Below, one piece after another: positions 37,868 through 50,086 of a stretch of 64,000 nucleotides of DNA. Location: positions 1-64,000 of the forward strand of contig JAYWIR010000103.1 in NCBI GenBank assembly GCA_036172245.1. Reading direction: 5' to 3'. This DNA is from Raillietiella orientalis (taxonomy: Eukaryota). The position numbers and the translations under genes were made by a program. Below the pieces are notes generated by a model. It was not told where the DNA came from, did not search any database, and worked only from the letters and a program-made list of their open reading frames with translations. Numbering within the stretch: position 1 is the stretch's first letter; each line of letters starts with the position of its first letter.

Positions 37868-39790
37868 ATCTCCCGGGCTTGATCTGCGGAGATCACGTGG
37901 ATCTCCTGCAGCAGCACCAGGTCGAAGGATGCCAGGGTGGCGGCCACGTCACGCCTCTTGCCGTCGTCGCTTAGCCCGGTCACGTTCCAACAGGCGATCA
38001 GAAGACGACGGCGAGAGGCGATTCCCGGCATTATGGCTGGGAAAGTGGCGTCGCGGCACCTGCCGCGGGGCAGGTGTAGGAAAGGTCCATCGGTACGAGG
38101 ACCATCGGAACGAGGACGGAGGCCTCTTCAGGCGCCTGGGGTACCTGTTCGGCCTCCATCCTCACCATCCCCTCCGTGTCCGAGCGTGGAATTCTCTCGG
38201 GCGACGGGTCCCGGGAGTTTCCCACGCTCATGGCACCCTCGCTACCGGAAGCCATCTCCTCCCCTTCGTCGGGGGAGACGATCTTCCGGGGCATTGTGGA
38301 CTTTCGTCCTGCCTTTTTGCGGGGTGCCGCGGAGATGGATGCTGTGTTTCCGGCCTTCACCTCGGGGTCGGAAGTGGCCTACTCCTGAGGGGAAGCCGGA
38401 CGCCTGACGGCCTTCTTGCCAGCCTTGGGGGCAACCGGCTGCAGCGAGGCAGCCAGCTCCTCCGCGGCGCGCTCGAAGGCGACGTCATCGAGCGTGGGCT
38501 CGATGACGGACGCCGCCGCCTCGCTCCCCTCCTTGTTGACTTTGTCAACGGAGTGTTGATCAGGGGCAGCAGCGAGTTCTTTAGCGCCGCATTCGTCGAT
38601 GGCGGGAATCCGCTCTACAACGACGCAGCAGCTTTTAATTTTTTCGCTGCGCAAAGCGGTTTGGCTCCGTTTCGCCACGTTCTTTCCCTTCTTATGGGAG
38701 TTTTTCTTGGGATCGACCTTCTGCCACCCTGGCTCTTGACCCTCGCCCTCGATCTTTTCGGCGTTTTTCGCCGGGGTCTCGGGGCTGACCTTCGCCTTGG
38801 TGGCGGATGTGATCTTCTTAGCAGCAGCACGAGCTGCCAGCTACTTACTCTTTTTTGCCGCTCGCTTTCTCGCGTTTTTCGCGGACACGACGCGGAAGGT
38901 GTTATGGGGGCACACCAGACGGGTGTGCCCGCTTGTTTGCAATGCTGGCACTGCACGCTCGGACACCTCATTTTAAGGTGACCGAAGCTGCTGCAGCAGC
39001 CGCAAAACTTGGGTTTCCCCACGTACCACACGTCAACGGATTCAACGTTGACGGTGAGTTTGTGGGGAAACTCACATCCCTCGCGAACCGTCACTCGCGC
39101 TGCACCCAAGCCGCCAAGCACCCCGTCGTAATCGACAAAAGGAGTGGGCTTTCCACACAGCGCGTTGACAGTTGCAAATTTTTCTAATTCGTTCCGTGCG
39201 GCCTTCTTCGTCATCCGGAACGTGATACCGGTCAGGTGAATGATCACCGACCGGTCTTCAGTAATGGGGAGAAGCCTCCGGCTGCCCATAATTACGGGGG
39301 TTCGCAGAAGTCTCTGCGCAAGAGTTGCCTCCTTGCAGATAACTTCCACGAATTGACCCCCGCTTCCGACGGACATAGCCAGAAGCTCCTCTTTTTGTAC
39401 ACCGAGAACGCGCATCGCCTGCGGAAAGCCGCGCGCGTTCTCGGGAGAATATAAACCGCCTACCTTATATAGAAGGGGTGAATTATACCCCTCCTCCAGG
39501 TAAGCGCTCATTTCCGCCATAGCCGCTGGCGTAGGTGCCGCAGCCACGGCGTTCCAAGCCCTGGGTAGGGCCGGGGGCGCATCTGTGCTGGCGGGAGCCT
39601 CCACTGATGCGGGAGCTCCCACCTCCATCTGCTCCGGGGGCAATGAGGTCATCGCCCCCGGATCCTCACCGGTGGTGGTATCAGGCATTGCTGCCTAATC
39701 CTCCACCCACACCAAGCACAAGCACCAACGGAAATGAAACTCAGGAGCAACGAAAAGACACGTCCGCTCGACGCTCTGCAATCACGCTGA
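37868..39790 (-). mobile_element. 5' part of a C/D-related LINE (5' UTR, ORF1 39688-38031, start of endonuclease); tentatively family D
   Basis: MPDTTTGEDPG.., CGCCSSFGHLKMRC, CQHCKQAG; TAATG; IACWNVTG..LLQEIH; cut at AREI by E. Confidence 0.88.
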
Positions 39791-39794
39791 CTGG

Positions 39795-42762
39795 GGCCTC
39801 GGTCCGCGAGTTTTGCGAGGAGTTCCCCTTGCACCTCCTGCCCCGGGGATTTGGAGATGGGATCCGTAATTAACGAGCGTACTTGTATGCCCGTCGTTAC
39901 GCGAGGACCCCCAATGTCCGTCGCCTGGCAGAGTACCGAGCCGGGGCCAAACGTCAAGCCTGGCAATCCGGATCGGCCAGCTTGCTGGACGATAGGGCCG
40001 GGAGCACTCGGCCTTGGCTAGAATACGGAACCTCCTGCGGCGTTATTATTCCTCCCTTTACGCCAGGGCGCCCCCGGACCAAGATGCCTCTCGGCGGTTG
40101 CTTCCGAACGGTGCCCCGGCAATAGGAGGAGGAGAAAGAAAGCCTCGACGAGCCTTTTACCACCGGCGAAATTCTCGCCGGTATCAGTAGGCTCAAGAGG
40201 CGGAAAGCATTAGGGGAGGACGGCCTGCCTGCGGAGTTTTTTCAATGCTTCGCGGCAGAGTTGGCACCCCTGGTGCTTGAGTTGACAAGGCTGATCCGAG
40301 ATGAAGGCAATGTACCCGCCTCGTTTCGGTCAGCCAGAGTGAGGCTCCTTCCGAAAGGAGGAGACCTCAGGAAACTCAGCAACTGCCGTCCGATCACAAT
40401 TGTGAACACGGACGCCAAGTTGATCGACGGACTGTGGGCTTCGCGTCTGGGACAGGTAGCCAATTCCATAATTAGCCCGGAGCAGACTTACGCTGTTCCC
40501 GGGCGAAGTATGGAGGCCAACCTGTTCTTCGCGAGCACATGGTTTCATGTGCAGAGTAATGAAGAAAAGGAAGAGAGAAGGATTGGCAGCCCCGCTTTGG
40601 GGGCGTCAGCCGGGCAGGGACAGGACTCCCAGGTGGGTAAGGGAGCCCTAGCGATCGCAGTCGATCTGCATAAAGCGTTTGACTGCGTGGACCAGGATCT
40701 CCTGCTTGATCTCCTGGGACGCATGGGCTTCCCTCCCTTCCTACTGACCCACCTGCGCTCTTGCTGGCGCAGCGCGCTGATCAATATCTCAATCAGAGGT
40801 CAAATGGCGTACGGCGTGCCGGTACGGCGGGGCATACGGCAGGGCGACAGCCTCAGTCCCCTGCTCTTTAGCACCTACTTTGAGTTGGTGCTGAGAGCGT
40901 ACAGGGTGACTTTGGCCCCCTTGCCGAGCTCGTGCCCCGGCACGCCAGCCGTAGCGGCGTATGCCGACGATCTTCTGCTCCTCTTACCTATGTTCACCCC
41001 GGCGAAGACGGTCGGAGATTTGTTCCACCTGCTTAACCGTGGGGTTGGATTACAGGTTAACAGGGCGAAGTCGTCAGTGTTGCCAGTTGGAGCGACGTGG
41101 ACAGGGCAGCAGGACTGGGTCCGCTTGGGGATCCGCACGGCGAGGTGCTTGAAGTACCTTGCTGTGCCGTTGGGGGACTACTCCCCTGCGGAAGCGTGGT
41201 CCGGCTGCCTCCAAAAAGTGGAAACGGCGATCGGCCCGTTCATGGAAGACAAGTTTCTCCTTCCGGAACGGGCCGCGGTATGGAACGCGTTCGCGGCTTC
41301 TATCCTCCGCCCCCAGCTTTTGTTTGTTCGGTCCCCAGAGAGTTGAAAAAACGGACGAAGGACCTCCTGAGAATTGCCCTTTGGGGAAGAGGGAGGCCCC
41401 GAGTCCCGTTGAAGGACTTGTGTGCTCCACGTCGGGATGGCGGTCTCGGCCTCTTCACGATGGAGCGAGTAAAGATTCAGCTGCGCTTCCGAACCCTCGC
41501 CATCGCAGCGAAGTTATGGAGCACCCCTTGGTGCGTTCCGGCCCGACTCCTTGCCAGCCGTGTATCCGGGACGGAGGGTCTCGCGTCCTATCTTCTGTGC
41601 CGTCGCAGGAAGATCAAGAGATGCGGACTTCTCCTGGGACGAATGGCAACTCTGGCTAAGAAATACGGCTGGATGGTATGCAGCCCCGCCAACTCCTCCG
41701 CATGGCTGGAGGAAACAGCTGGCACGTGGGCGAAGATAAACCAGAAGAACGGGGAGATGTGGAACTGCCTGGGACGCGGCGCCTATTTTCGCTGCACTCT
41801 GCGGAAGATACTCCAGTGTCCCGCGAGAAGCACGTGGGCAGAGAAACCCCCGTAGCTACGGCGAGGCCCTTCCTGAGGAGGGCGCTCTCCAGCACCCGCA
41901 AGAGTAGGTGGCAAGTCTCCTGCCGCATCGCAGGCAAGGAGAAGTTGATCAGCGTCTTGTCCACGGGTGAACTGGCGGACGCCAGTACCCCTAGTGTCCA
42001 GCCGAGAGGACTTCAGAGATGGGGTGAGCTACTCGGCATCCAGCCGGATGACCTAAAGTGGCCCCCGGTATTAATTGGTTCTAGGATCCTACCCCTGAAG
42101 TGGCAGGAGTCGGCGCTTCTGTTGTTGCATTGGGGCCTACCATGCAACGCACGCCGCCACCACTGGACCAGGGGTCGAGTAGATCCTACCTGCATCAGGT
42201 TTGGGGAACGGGAAACGCTCCCCCACCTCCTTGTTGATCGTGCTGCCCTCCGACCCCTGTGGGAACTTCTTCGTGCCTCCATACGGATCCAGGAGGGCAG
42301 CCAGCCCAGAGACGTTTTACGGGTTCTGTTCGTGCATGATGCCCTGCGTCCAGCCGCTACTCTGGCTGCACTTAGCTGCGTACGCGGGATTCTTACGTGC
42401 TGGAGCAACGTCAGAAGACCGAGCCACGACAGGGATGCCGTTGTACTTTCAGTCCGCTACCTGCGGATTGTGACCAGATGGCCCCACCTGGGAATTATAC
42501 GGACGGACCTCGAGGGCATCCTGCGAAGGATGGACCCTCCTCCGAGTGGTCAGTGATCCCTCCCCAACCCTCCAGAATCTTTTTGTTTTTATGTTTTATT
42601 TTTCTTTTTTTTTTTTCTCCCACCCCCTTCCGCTGCCGAGGAGAGTCGCGCCGGTCAGCGTACCGGCGACCAGGCAGGTCCAGCTGAGTTGGCCGTAGTG
42701 GGGCTTCGTACCACGAATCATAGAGAATTTTTAATAAACGCCCCGGCGTTACCGGGTGGCAA
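39795..42762 (+). mobile_element. LINE family D copy 1 (ORF2 linker to 3' end)
   Basis: DLHKAFD, GIRQGDSLSPLLF, AYADD; 3' end aataaacgccccggcgttaccgggtggcaa. Confidence 0.9.
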
Positions 42763-44888
42763 CCAGCAACTTGGCGTCCGCATTCACTATTGTCATGGGA
42801 CGCCAGTTGTTCATGCTCCTCAGGTCTCCTCCCTGAGGGAGGAGTCGCACCTTTGCCGAAGGAAACGAGGCGGGAACGTCACCTGTTTCGCGTATCAGCA
42901 AGCTGATTTGCTGTACCAGGGGGGTAAGTTTAGACGCAAAAGTTTGGTAAAACTCCGCGGGCAGGCCGTCCTCCCCTGGAGCCTGGAGACTCTTCAACTT
43001 TCCGATGGCCGAGAGGATCTCGTCCATCGTGAAAGGCTCGTCGAGGGTCTTTCTCTGCTCCTCCCCGATCGCTGGAGAGCCTTCCGCAAGCAGGAGACGT
43101 GAGACGTTCCTCTCTGGAGGTGCCCTGGCATACAGGGAGAAGTAGTAACTCCGCAGCAGGCCGCGGATTTGGGCGGGTGCCGAGTGCTCTTGGTCCTGAT
43201 CGTCCCGCAAACTGGCCAGTCCGGACTGCCAGGCTTGCCTCTAGGCTCCCGCTTTGTAATCCGCCAGCCTACGGATGTCGGAGGTCCTGGCGTAACGACG
43301 GGCCTACAGGTAGGCTCGTTCGTTACGGACCCCAGTCCCAAAACCCGTAGGTAGGCGGTGCAGAGGAAACTGGTCGCAGAACTCCTGGACCGAACGCTTG
43401 AAGCGGTCCCAATCCTGGAGTGTCCGCAGCCTGAAGCTCCGTATGAACGTGCGGAGATGTTCCGCCGCGTCCGGGAGCTTCAGCCAGTTCCCTGGGAGAC
43501 GACACGCTGACGAGGGGGGCCCCTGTTGCGCGGATGGATCTCGATGACTAGCGGGCGATGGTCGGACAGCTCGCACGGTAACTTGCCGCGCCTGCCCTCG
43601 CGAGGGCACAGGTGCTGGTCAAGAAACACGTGCTCAATGCTGTCTTCCATCCCCAGTGCACTGGCCAACAAATTCCAGGTGTGCACCGCCATGCACATTT
43701 CGTTGACCAGGTCACGCTCGGGATTCTACCCTTCTGGTTTCAGGCGAACTTTGAAATCGCCTGCAACCAGGTAGGCATTCCGCACGCCTGCTTCGGTCAG
43801 CCAGTCTCGCCGAAGGGCAACGAAAAACTCTTTCCTCGCACTCCTGGTCATCAGGTTCGCGCCGCTCGGAGCGTACACGTTCGTGACGATCAGATCGATC
43901 GAGTCGGACCACCTGAGAGTCAGCTGGCCGACACGACCGTGATCGTCGAACCGCACGCCCCGAGCCGCGGCTTTGAAGGCTGGCCGAAGCAGGTAGGCGA
44001 CACCGCAACTTTTCGCTCTCCCACACCTGTACCATAGCCGCCCTCCGGAGATCCGTTCGATCTCTTGCGCTTGTACTCCAGAGATCACGTGGATCTCCTG
44101 CAGCAGCGCAAGGTCGTAGGACTCCAGAAGGGCGGCCATGTCTCGTCTCCTGCCGGTGTCTGTCATGCCGTTCACGTTCCAAACGGCGATGGGCAGACGA
44201 CGGCAGGAGGAGATTCCCGGCATTACTGCTGGGAAGATTAAGGTGTGGGGGAGCCCGTCTCTTGCGAGGCGGGCGGGATGTCCATGGGGGTTTCGGCCTT
44301 CTCAGGCACCTGAGGCACCTGTTCGTCCTCCACCCCCTCCATCCCCTCCGTGCCCGTGCGTGGGAGTCTCTCGGGCGACGGGTCCCGAGAGTTTCCCACG
44401 CTCATGGCACCTTCGCTTGCGGAAGCCATCTCTTCCCCTTCGTCGGGGGAGACGAGCTTCCTTGGCTTTGTGGACTTACGTCCAGCCTTCTTGCGCGGTG
44501 CTGTGGAAACGGAGGCTGCGCTTCCGGCCTCCATCTCGGGGTCGGAAGTGGGTGACTCCTGAGGGGAGGCCGGACGCTTTACGGCCTTCTTGCCAGCCTT
44601 AGAGGGTTCTGGCTGCAACGAGGCTGCCAGCTCCTCCCCGGCTCGCGCGAAGGCTACGCCATCGATGGTGGTGTCGATGACGGACGCCGCCGCCGGCTCG
44701 CTCCCCTCGCTCTTGACAGAGTCAACAGAGGGGTTGTCGTCGGTCGCGGCGAGTTCTTTTTCGCAGCGATCGGGAGTACGCTTGACGACAACGCTGCATT
44801 CTTTTATATGCTCTCTTGCCTGCTGTTTTTTCTGGCGGTACGCGGGCTTTTTCTCCATCCTCCTCTCCTTCTTTGATTTTTTGGCCGT
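42763..44888 (-). mobile_element. LINE family C copy 3 (ORF1 tail, endonuclease, up to RT NADAKLL)
   Basis: Colinear with 19480-21622. Confidence 0.9.
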
Positions 44889-44892
44889 AACT

Positions 44893-47414
44893 CCTCGAGG
44901 TAGAGGACCGACGATCTCCAGCGGAACAGACTGGAGGAGGAATTCTCCGAAGACGAGGTGAAGACTGCGTTTGGTCAACTACGCAAGGACGTGCCAGCGG
45001 GCCCTGACAGCGTACCCATCACTCACTATCAGCGGTACTTGCATGCCTACCTGCGTTTGTTCCACCAGTTGACCCTCTGCATCCGAGAAGAAGGAAGACT
45101 CCCGGAATCCTTCTACGAGAGAAGGATGAGATTGCTGCCAAAAGGAGGCGATCTCACGCAGGTCGCTCAATGGAGGCCGATCTCGATCGTGAACTCAGAT
45201 GCCAAGTGGTTGGCGAAGATCTGGTCCAACCGCTTAGGCAAGGTTATGTCGAGGCTAATCTCTCCGGTCCAAACGTGTGCAGTCCCTGGACGTCACATGT
45301 CGGACAATGTCAAGTGTGCCCAGGCCACCGTCGGACTAAGCCGATACGTCGGCGAGAATCTGGCGCTGGTGTTCACTGACATGGAGAAGGCTTTCGACTC
45401 CATCGACCATGGGATGCTGCTGAAGGTTCTGGAGAAGCTAGGCCTTCCGGAACACTTCAGCAACTTCGTGAGGGTGGTTTCCCAGAACCAGTACTGCCAA
45501 ATCAAAATCAACGGCCAGGAGACGGCAGCAATCCGGATGGAACGGGGAGTCCGGCAGGGCGATTCGCTAAGTCCGATGCTGTTCGTCATCTACATGGAGG
45601 CGTTGTCGTTCTTTATCGAGAAGAGCGGACGACTGCAAGGCATAACAATCGATGGCCAGCGTCTTACCCATCTGGCATACGCTGATGATCTACTCTTCTT
45701 TATCAAGGGAGAGAGAAATCAACGAGCGTTTCTGGATGTGGTAGACCTGATGGATCAAGGCCTCGGTCTAAAGATCAACGCCCAGAAAAGCCAGCTCTTG
45801 CCCGTTGGAATTCTCGATCTCTCCACTCTAGCGGGGAGAGGATTCCGAACGGTGGACAAGGCCAAGTACCTGGGTGTCTACATTGGCGACGTCTCCGCGT
45901 CGAAGCTATTGTGGACCGAGATCCTAGGGAAAACGGCCAAGGAAGCAGCCAAGTACACCCGAACGGACCTTGGAATGAAGCGAAAGGCCAACATATGGAA
46001 CGGAGTACTCCTTCCTAAAGTGCTCTTCGGGGCGTCCTTCGCGAGGATGAACAAGGAAACCACGAGGGAGTTCGACAAGCTGCAGAGAAAAACACTGTGG
46101 GGCCACTATCGCCCAAGAGTCCGACTAAAACCCCTGTGTCGTCCCAGGGAAGAAGGCGGTTCCGGGATGAAGTCGTTTGCACACTCCATAGAAATCATGG
46201 ATACGCGACACATCCTGGACATTGCCACTCACTGGGATGACTGGCCGTATGCCGCGCACAGGGCCTACGCGTTGTTGTTGAACAACTCGAAAGGCCTGAT
46301 GACTGCGCTGCTAGGCCGAGCAGGCGAATGGAAAAAAATCGACCCAACCTGGACGAGGAAGCAACGGCTGGTGCGAAAGCACAAAATCAAGATCGTGCCG
46401 AGAAGTAGGGAACTCTGGCAGGACGACTCCATCCTGGTGATCCCTTGGATGCTTCCTGTCCCGCCGGACACGAGATGCTGGATCCACCAGCGGTCCAGAG
46501 TTACCCTTCAACGAATCCAGGAGTGGAAACGAGGAGGGTACCTACATCACACTCGTATACTTAGGTATATAGAGATGATGTTAGGAAGGTTTACCCACAT
46601 GACTCGCGAAGTGTGGTTCAATCACAACGACTTTGTGTGGTCCAGGGTAACCAAAACAAACCTCCGAAGACTAATTCAAGAAGGACACAATGATATTAGT
46701 GCCCTCCAGGAAGCCGCCGATCGCTACGGGAGTGACCGGATCAACCTGTTAGCGATTGGCACGACGCTCTGGAGGAGTGACCTTTTGCCGGGCACCCAGG
46801 ATGACCTCCTGATGTTTTATCATGGAAGAATCCAGAGTGGGTCCCGATTGCAGCACTACACCGGAAGAAGGGAAGATCGAGAATGCACGGCATGTGATGA
46901 CAACGACACGAGTCTTCGCGTCTTGACCTGTCTTACATTGCTGCATGACTGGCTGATCCTAAAAAGGATCATCGGACTCACGAACAGATCCGTAATGGAG
47001 AGCATCGCCGTGATGTTTCAGGGGGATGGTAATGTTCCCTGTTACATTCCCATGGTGAGGACGACCAGCGCCCTCTTCATCACCGGCATACTTGTGCGGT
47101 AGTGGAAAATGAGGAAAGCCAGAAGAGCCGCACCACCGATTGAGATCCTACAAGGGCTTCTGTAGAGGGAAATCCGCATTAGAAACTGTGGGAAATTCCA
47201 AGCCTGGACGTATTGATTTATCCTGAAGATGATAGAAGACGACGCCCAGGACCAAACATCAGGAAACGCACCATGAGTGGAGAACTTGTGAACCCATGGA
47301 CCTCAGAGTTGTAAAGACACTGCAAATGGTATGAATGAGACTGCAGTGTGAATGTTTTTGTAGAAAAATTTTTGAAAAATAAATTTACTCCACCTTTTGT
47401 GGGAGTTGGGGGAA
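44893..47414 (+). mobile_element. LINE family B copy 5, 5'-truncated
   Basis: 714-codon open RT/C-terminal frame; family 3' end followed by the E target cctgccgagt. Confidence 0.93.
44958..47102 (+). pseudogene. ORF2 RT + C-terminal region of family B copy 5 (no endonuclease; premature TAG)
   Basis: WRPISIVN, DMEKAFD, GVRQGDSLSP, LAYADD, CTACDD. Confidence 0.92.
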
Positions 47415-48774
47415 CCTGCCGAGTTGGCGAAGGGGCGACTGCATGCAGCGTGCTTTTGCTTGCTGCGACGCTGCTTTTACGGCTTTCGTAGCCTCTGAAG
47501 AAAGGCCTACGCTGCAGTGGGGCTGTCCGGAACTCGGAAGGGACAAAGGAACGGGGCTAAAACTCTTCGTACTGTTGCGATCTTTTTGTTTTTCTACCTT
47601 TCCCTTTAGGGTGTTACGGAGATTTCCTGGTTCCTGGCTCGGAGAGTTGCCTGCGAGTTCGGCAGAGAGGAAAGGCACGGCACGCGTCAAACCCTCGCGC
47701 CCCTTTTATTGTCTTCTCCGCCGTGACTTTCCAGTTTAGGGGCGTTGCGGGCGGGGATGCTTTCTTTTCATCCGTGGATCGCTCGTTGTTTTTTCCGAGT
47801 TTTTGCCGACGACTTTTTTTATTTGCCGCTGCGGCTTTTCGTGCAGTGGTCTCTTCAACCCGACGAATTTCCGATGCGGCTCTTTTTCGTGCAAGTACCG
47901 AGCATTTTTTGATTTCGTGCCCGGAATCTTTGCAATAACGGCATCTAGGAGAGGGGCACTCTTTAATTCGGAGCCCATTCTTGCCTCACTGCTTGCACGC
48001 GCGAGTTTGGTCTATAAATCACAGATGAACGACCGTGCCGTTCAACTGCAGCTGCTCAGGCACAACACGCCTGTTCGCGACGGTGATCCGAGCGGAGGCT
48101 TGTCCGATGTGGACAAAGGAGGAATCCTTCAAAGGGTTCGGCGTCCTCTACAGGGCGTGCACTGTGGCGAACTTCGCCAGCACGCTTACAACATCGCGGT
48201 CGGAGATTTCCGGTTCGATGTCGCACAATTGAACGACAAAAGAGTCGTCCATCGCGGTAGGTAGGACTTCCTTGCCATTGATGGTCAACGGCGTACGGAG
48301 AAGGCGCTGCACAAGTGCTGCGTTCTTGCACCGAATCTTCGTATATTCCATCCTGCCAGCAGGCATTATGGCAACGAGTTCCTCCTCGCGAACGCCGATC
48401 CGGACGAGCTCATCATTGAGCTCACGACCGATTCTCCCGTTAAGGGGCCCACTGACCTTATAACGGAGTGCAGGCATGTATCCTGATGACACATATGCCT
48501 GGAACTCCGCATCGCAGGGTCCTGGTCCTTGGGAGGTAACGGCGGCGTAACTCCTCACCGGGGGCGAGGAAACCATTACGGAGGATGCGGCCACTTCAAG
48601 TGCAGCTCAAGTGCATCCAGTGGCTTGCTCCTCCACACTATCCTGTGTACTGGCCATGTTGCACTATGCTACTTGGCAGATTGCACAGGAACACACAAGT
48701 GCGAGCGAAAACCCAGGCACAAAGTTGCCGGATCGTTGGCGCGGATAGACGCGGAAACACGTCTGCACTGTACG
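47415..48774 (-). mobile_element. LINE family E copy 3, 5' UTR + ORF1 N-terminal half
   Basis: ORF1-like VQRLLRTPL..LAKFATVHAL; ends in tcgccaactcggcagg, which overlaps the start of the E 3' half at 33275 (actcggcaag). Confidence 0.82.
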
Positions 48775-50086
48775 AGCGCAAGAGATCGAACGGATCTCCG
48801 GAGGGCGGCTTTGGTACAGGCGTGGGAGACCGAAAAGTTGCGGTGTCGCCTACCTGCTTCGGCCAGCCGTCGACGCCGCGGCTCCGGGCGTGTGGTTCGA
48901 CTATCACGGTCGTGTCGGCCAGCTGACTCTCAGGTGGTCCGACTCGATCGATCCGATCGTCACGAACGTGTACGCACCGAGCGGCAAGGACCTGATGAAC
49001 AGGACGGCGAGGAAAAAGGTTTTTTCCTTTCCCTCCGGCGATACTGGCTGACCGAACCAGGCGTGCGGAATGCGCATCTGGTTGCAAGCGATTTCAACGT
49101 TCGCCTGAAACCAGATGGGCAGAATCTTGAGCGTGACCTGGTCAACGAGGTGTGCATGGCGGTGCACACCTGTAATTTGTTGTTCAGTGCACCGGGGATG
49201 GAAGACAGCATTGACCACGTGTTTCCTGACGAGCACCTGTGCCCTCGCGTGGGCAGGCGCGGCAAGTTACCGTGCGAGCTGTCCGACCATCGCCCGCTAG
49301 TCCTCGAGATTCATCCGCGCGACAAGGGCCCCCTCTCGTCAGCGTGGCGTCTCCCAGGGGACTGCTTGAAGCTCCCGGACGCGGCGGAACATCTCCGTAC
49401 GATCATATGGAGCTTCACGCTGCAGACACTCCAGGATTGGGACCTCTTCAAGCGGTCGGTACAAGAGTTCTGCGACCAGATCCCTCTGCACCGCCTACCT
49501 ACGGGTTTCGGGACCGGGGTCCATAACGAACGAGCCTACCTTGAGGCCCGTCGTTACGCCAGGACCTCCGACATCCGCAGGCTGGCGGAATACAAAGCGG
49601 GAGCCGAGAAGCAAGCCTGGCAGTCCGGATCGGACAGCTTGCTGGACGATCAGGGCAAGGAGCACTCGGTACCCGCCCAAATCCGCGGCCTGCTGCGGAG
49701 TTACTACTCCTCCCTGTATGCCGGGGCACCTCCGGAGAGGAACGTCTCAGGACTCCTGCTTCCGGAAGGCGCTCCAGCGATCGGGGAGGAGGAGAGAAAG
49801 ACCCTCGACGAGCCTTTGACGATGAACGAGATCCTCTCGGCCATCGGAAAGCTCAAGAAGCGCAAGGCTCCAGGGGAGGACGGCCTGCCCGCGGAGTTTT
49901 ACCAAACTTTCGCGGCTGAGCTTACCCCCCTGGTACAGCAACTCACCTTGCTGATACGCGAAACAGGTGACGTTCCCGCCTCGTTTCCTTCGGCAAAGGT
50001 GCGACTCCTCCCTCAGGGAGGAGACCTGAGGAGCATGAACAACTGGCGTCCCATCACAATAGTGAATGCGGACTCCAAGTTGCTAG
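48775..50086 (+). mobile_element. LINE family C copy 4 fragment (from EN AQEI to RT NADSKLL)
   Basis: Colinear with 20313-21622; both ends coincide with insertion sites of other families. Confidence 0.9.

Noticed and set aside
37929..38981. Long antisense or alternate-frame ORFs (also 31581-32327, 34371-35174, 25701-26564, 50451-51749)
   Set aside because: Shadow frames of GC-rich coding sequence or frameshifted ORF2 pieces; no independent motifs and not kept open between copies
42733..42762. 3' hairpins as bacterial intrinsic terminators or DNA-transposon TIRs
   Set aside because: No following U-tract; they occur only at LINE 3' ends behind AATAAA, with no matching 5' counterpart
44958..47102. 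Bacterial RT systems (group II intron, retron, DGR) suggested by YADD RTs
   Set aside because: The RTs are fused to APE endonucleases, preceded by CCHC ORF1s, with AATAAA ends, 5' truncations and TSDs: eukaryotic non-LTR elements
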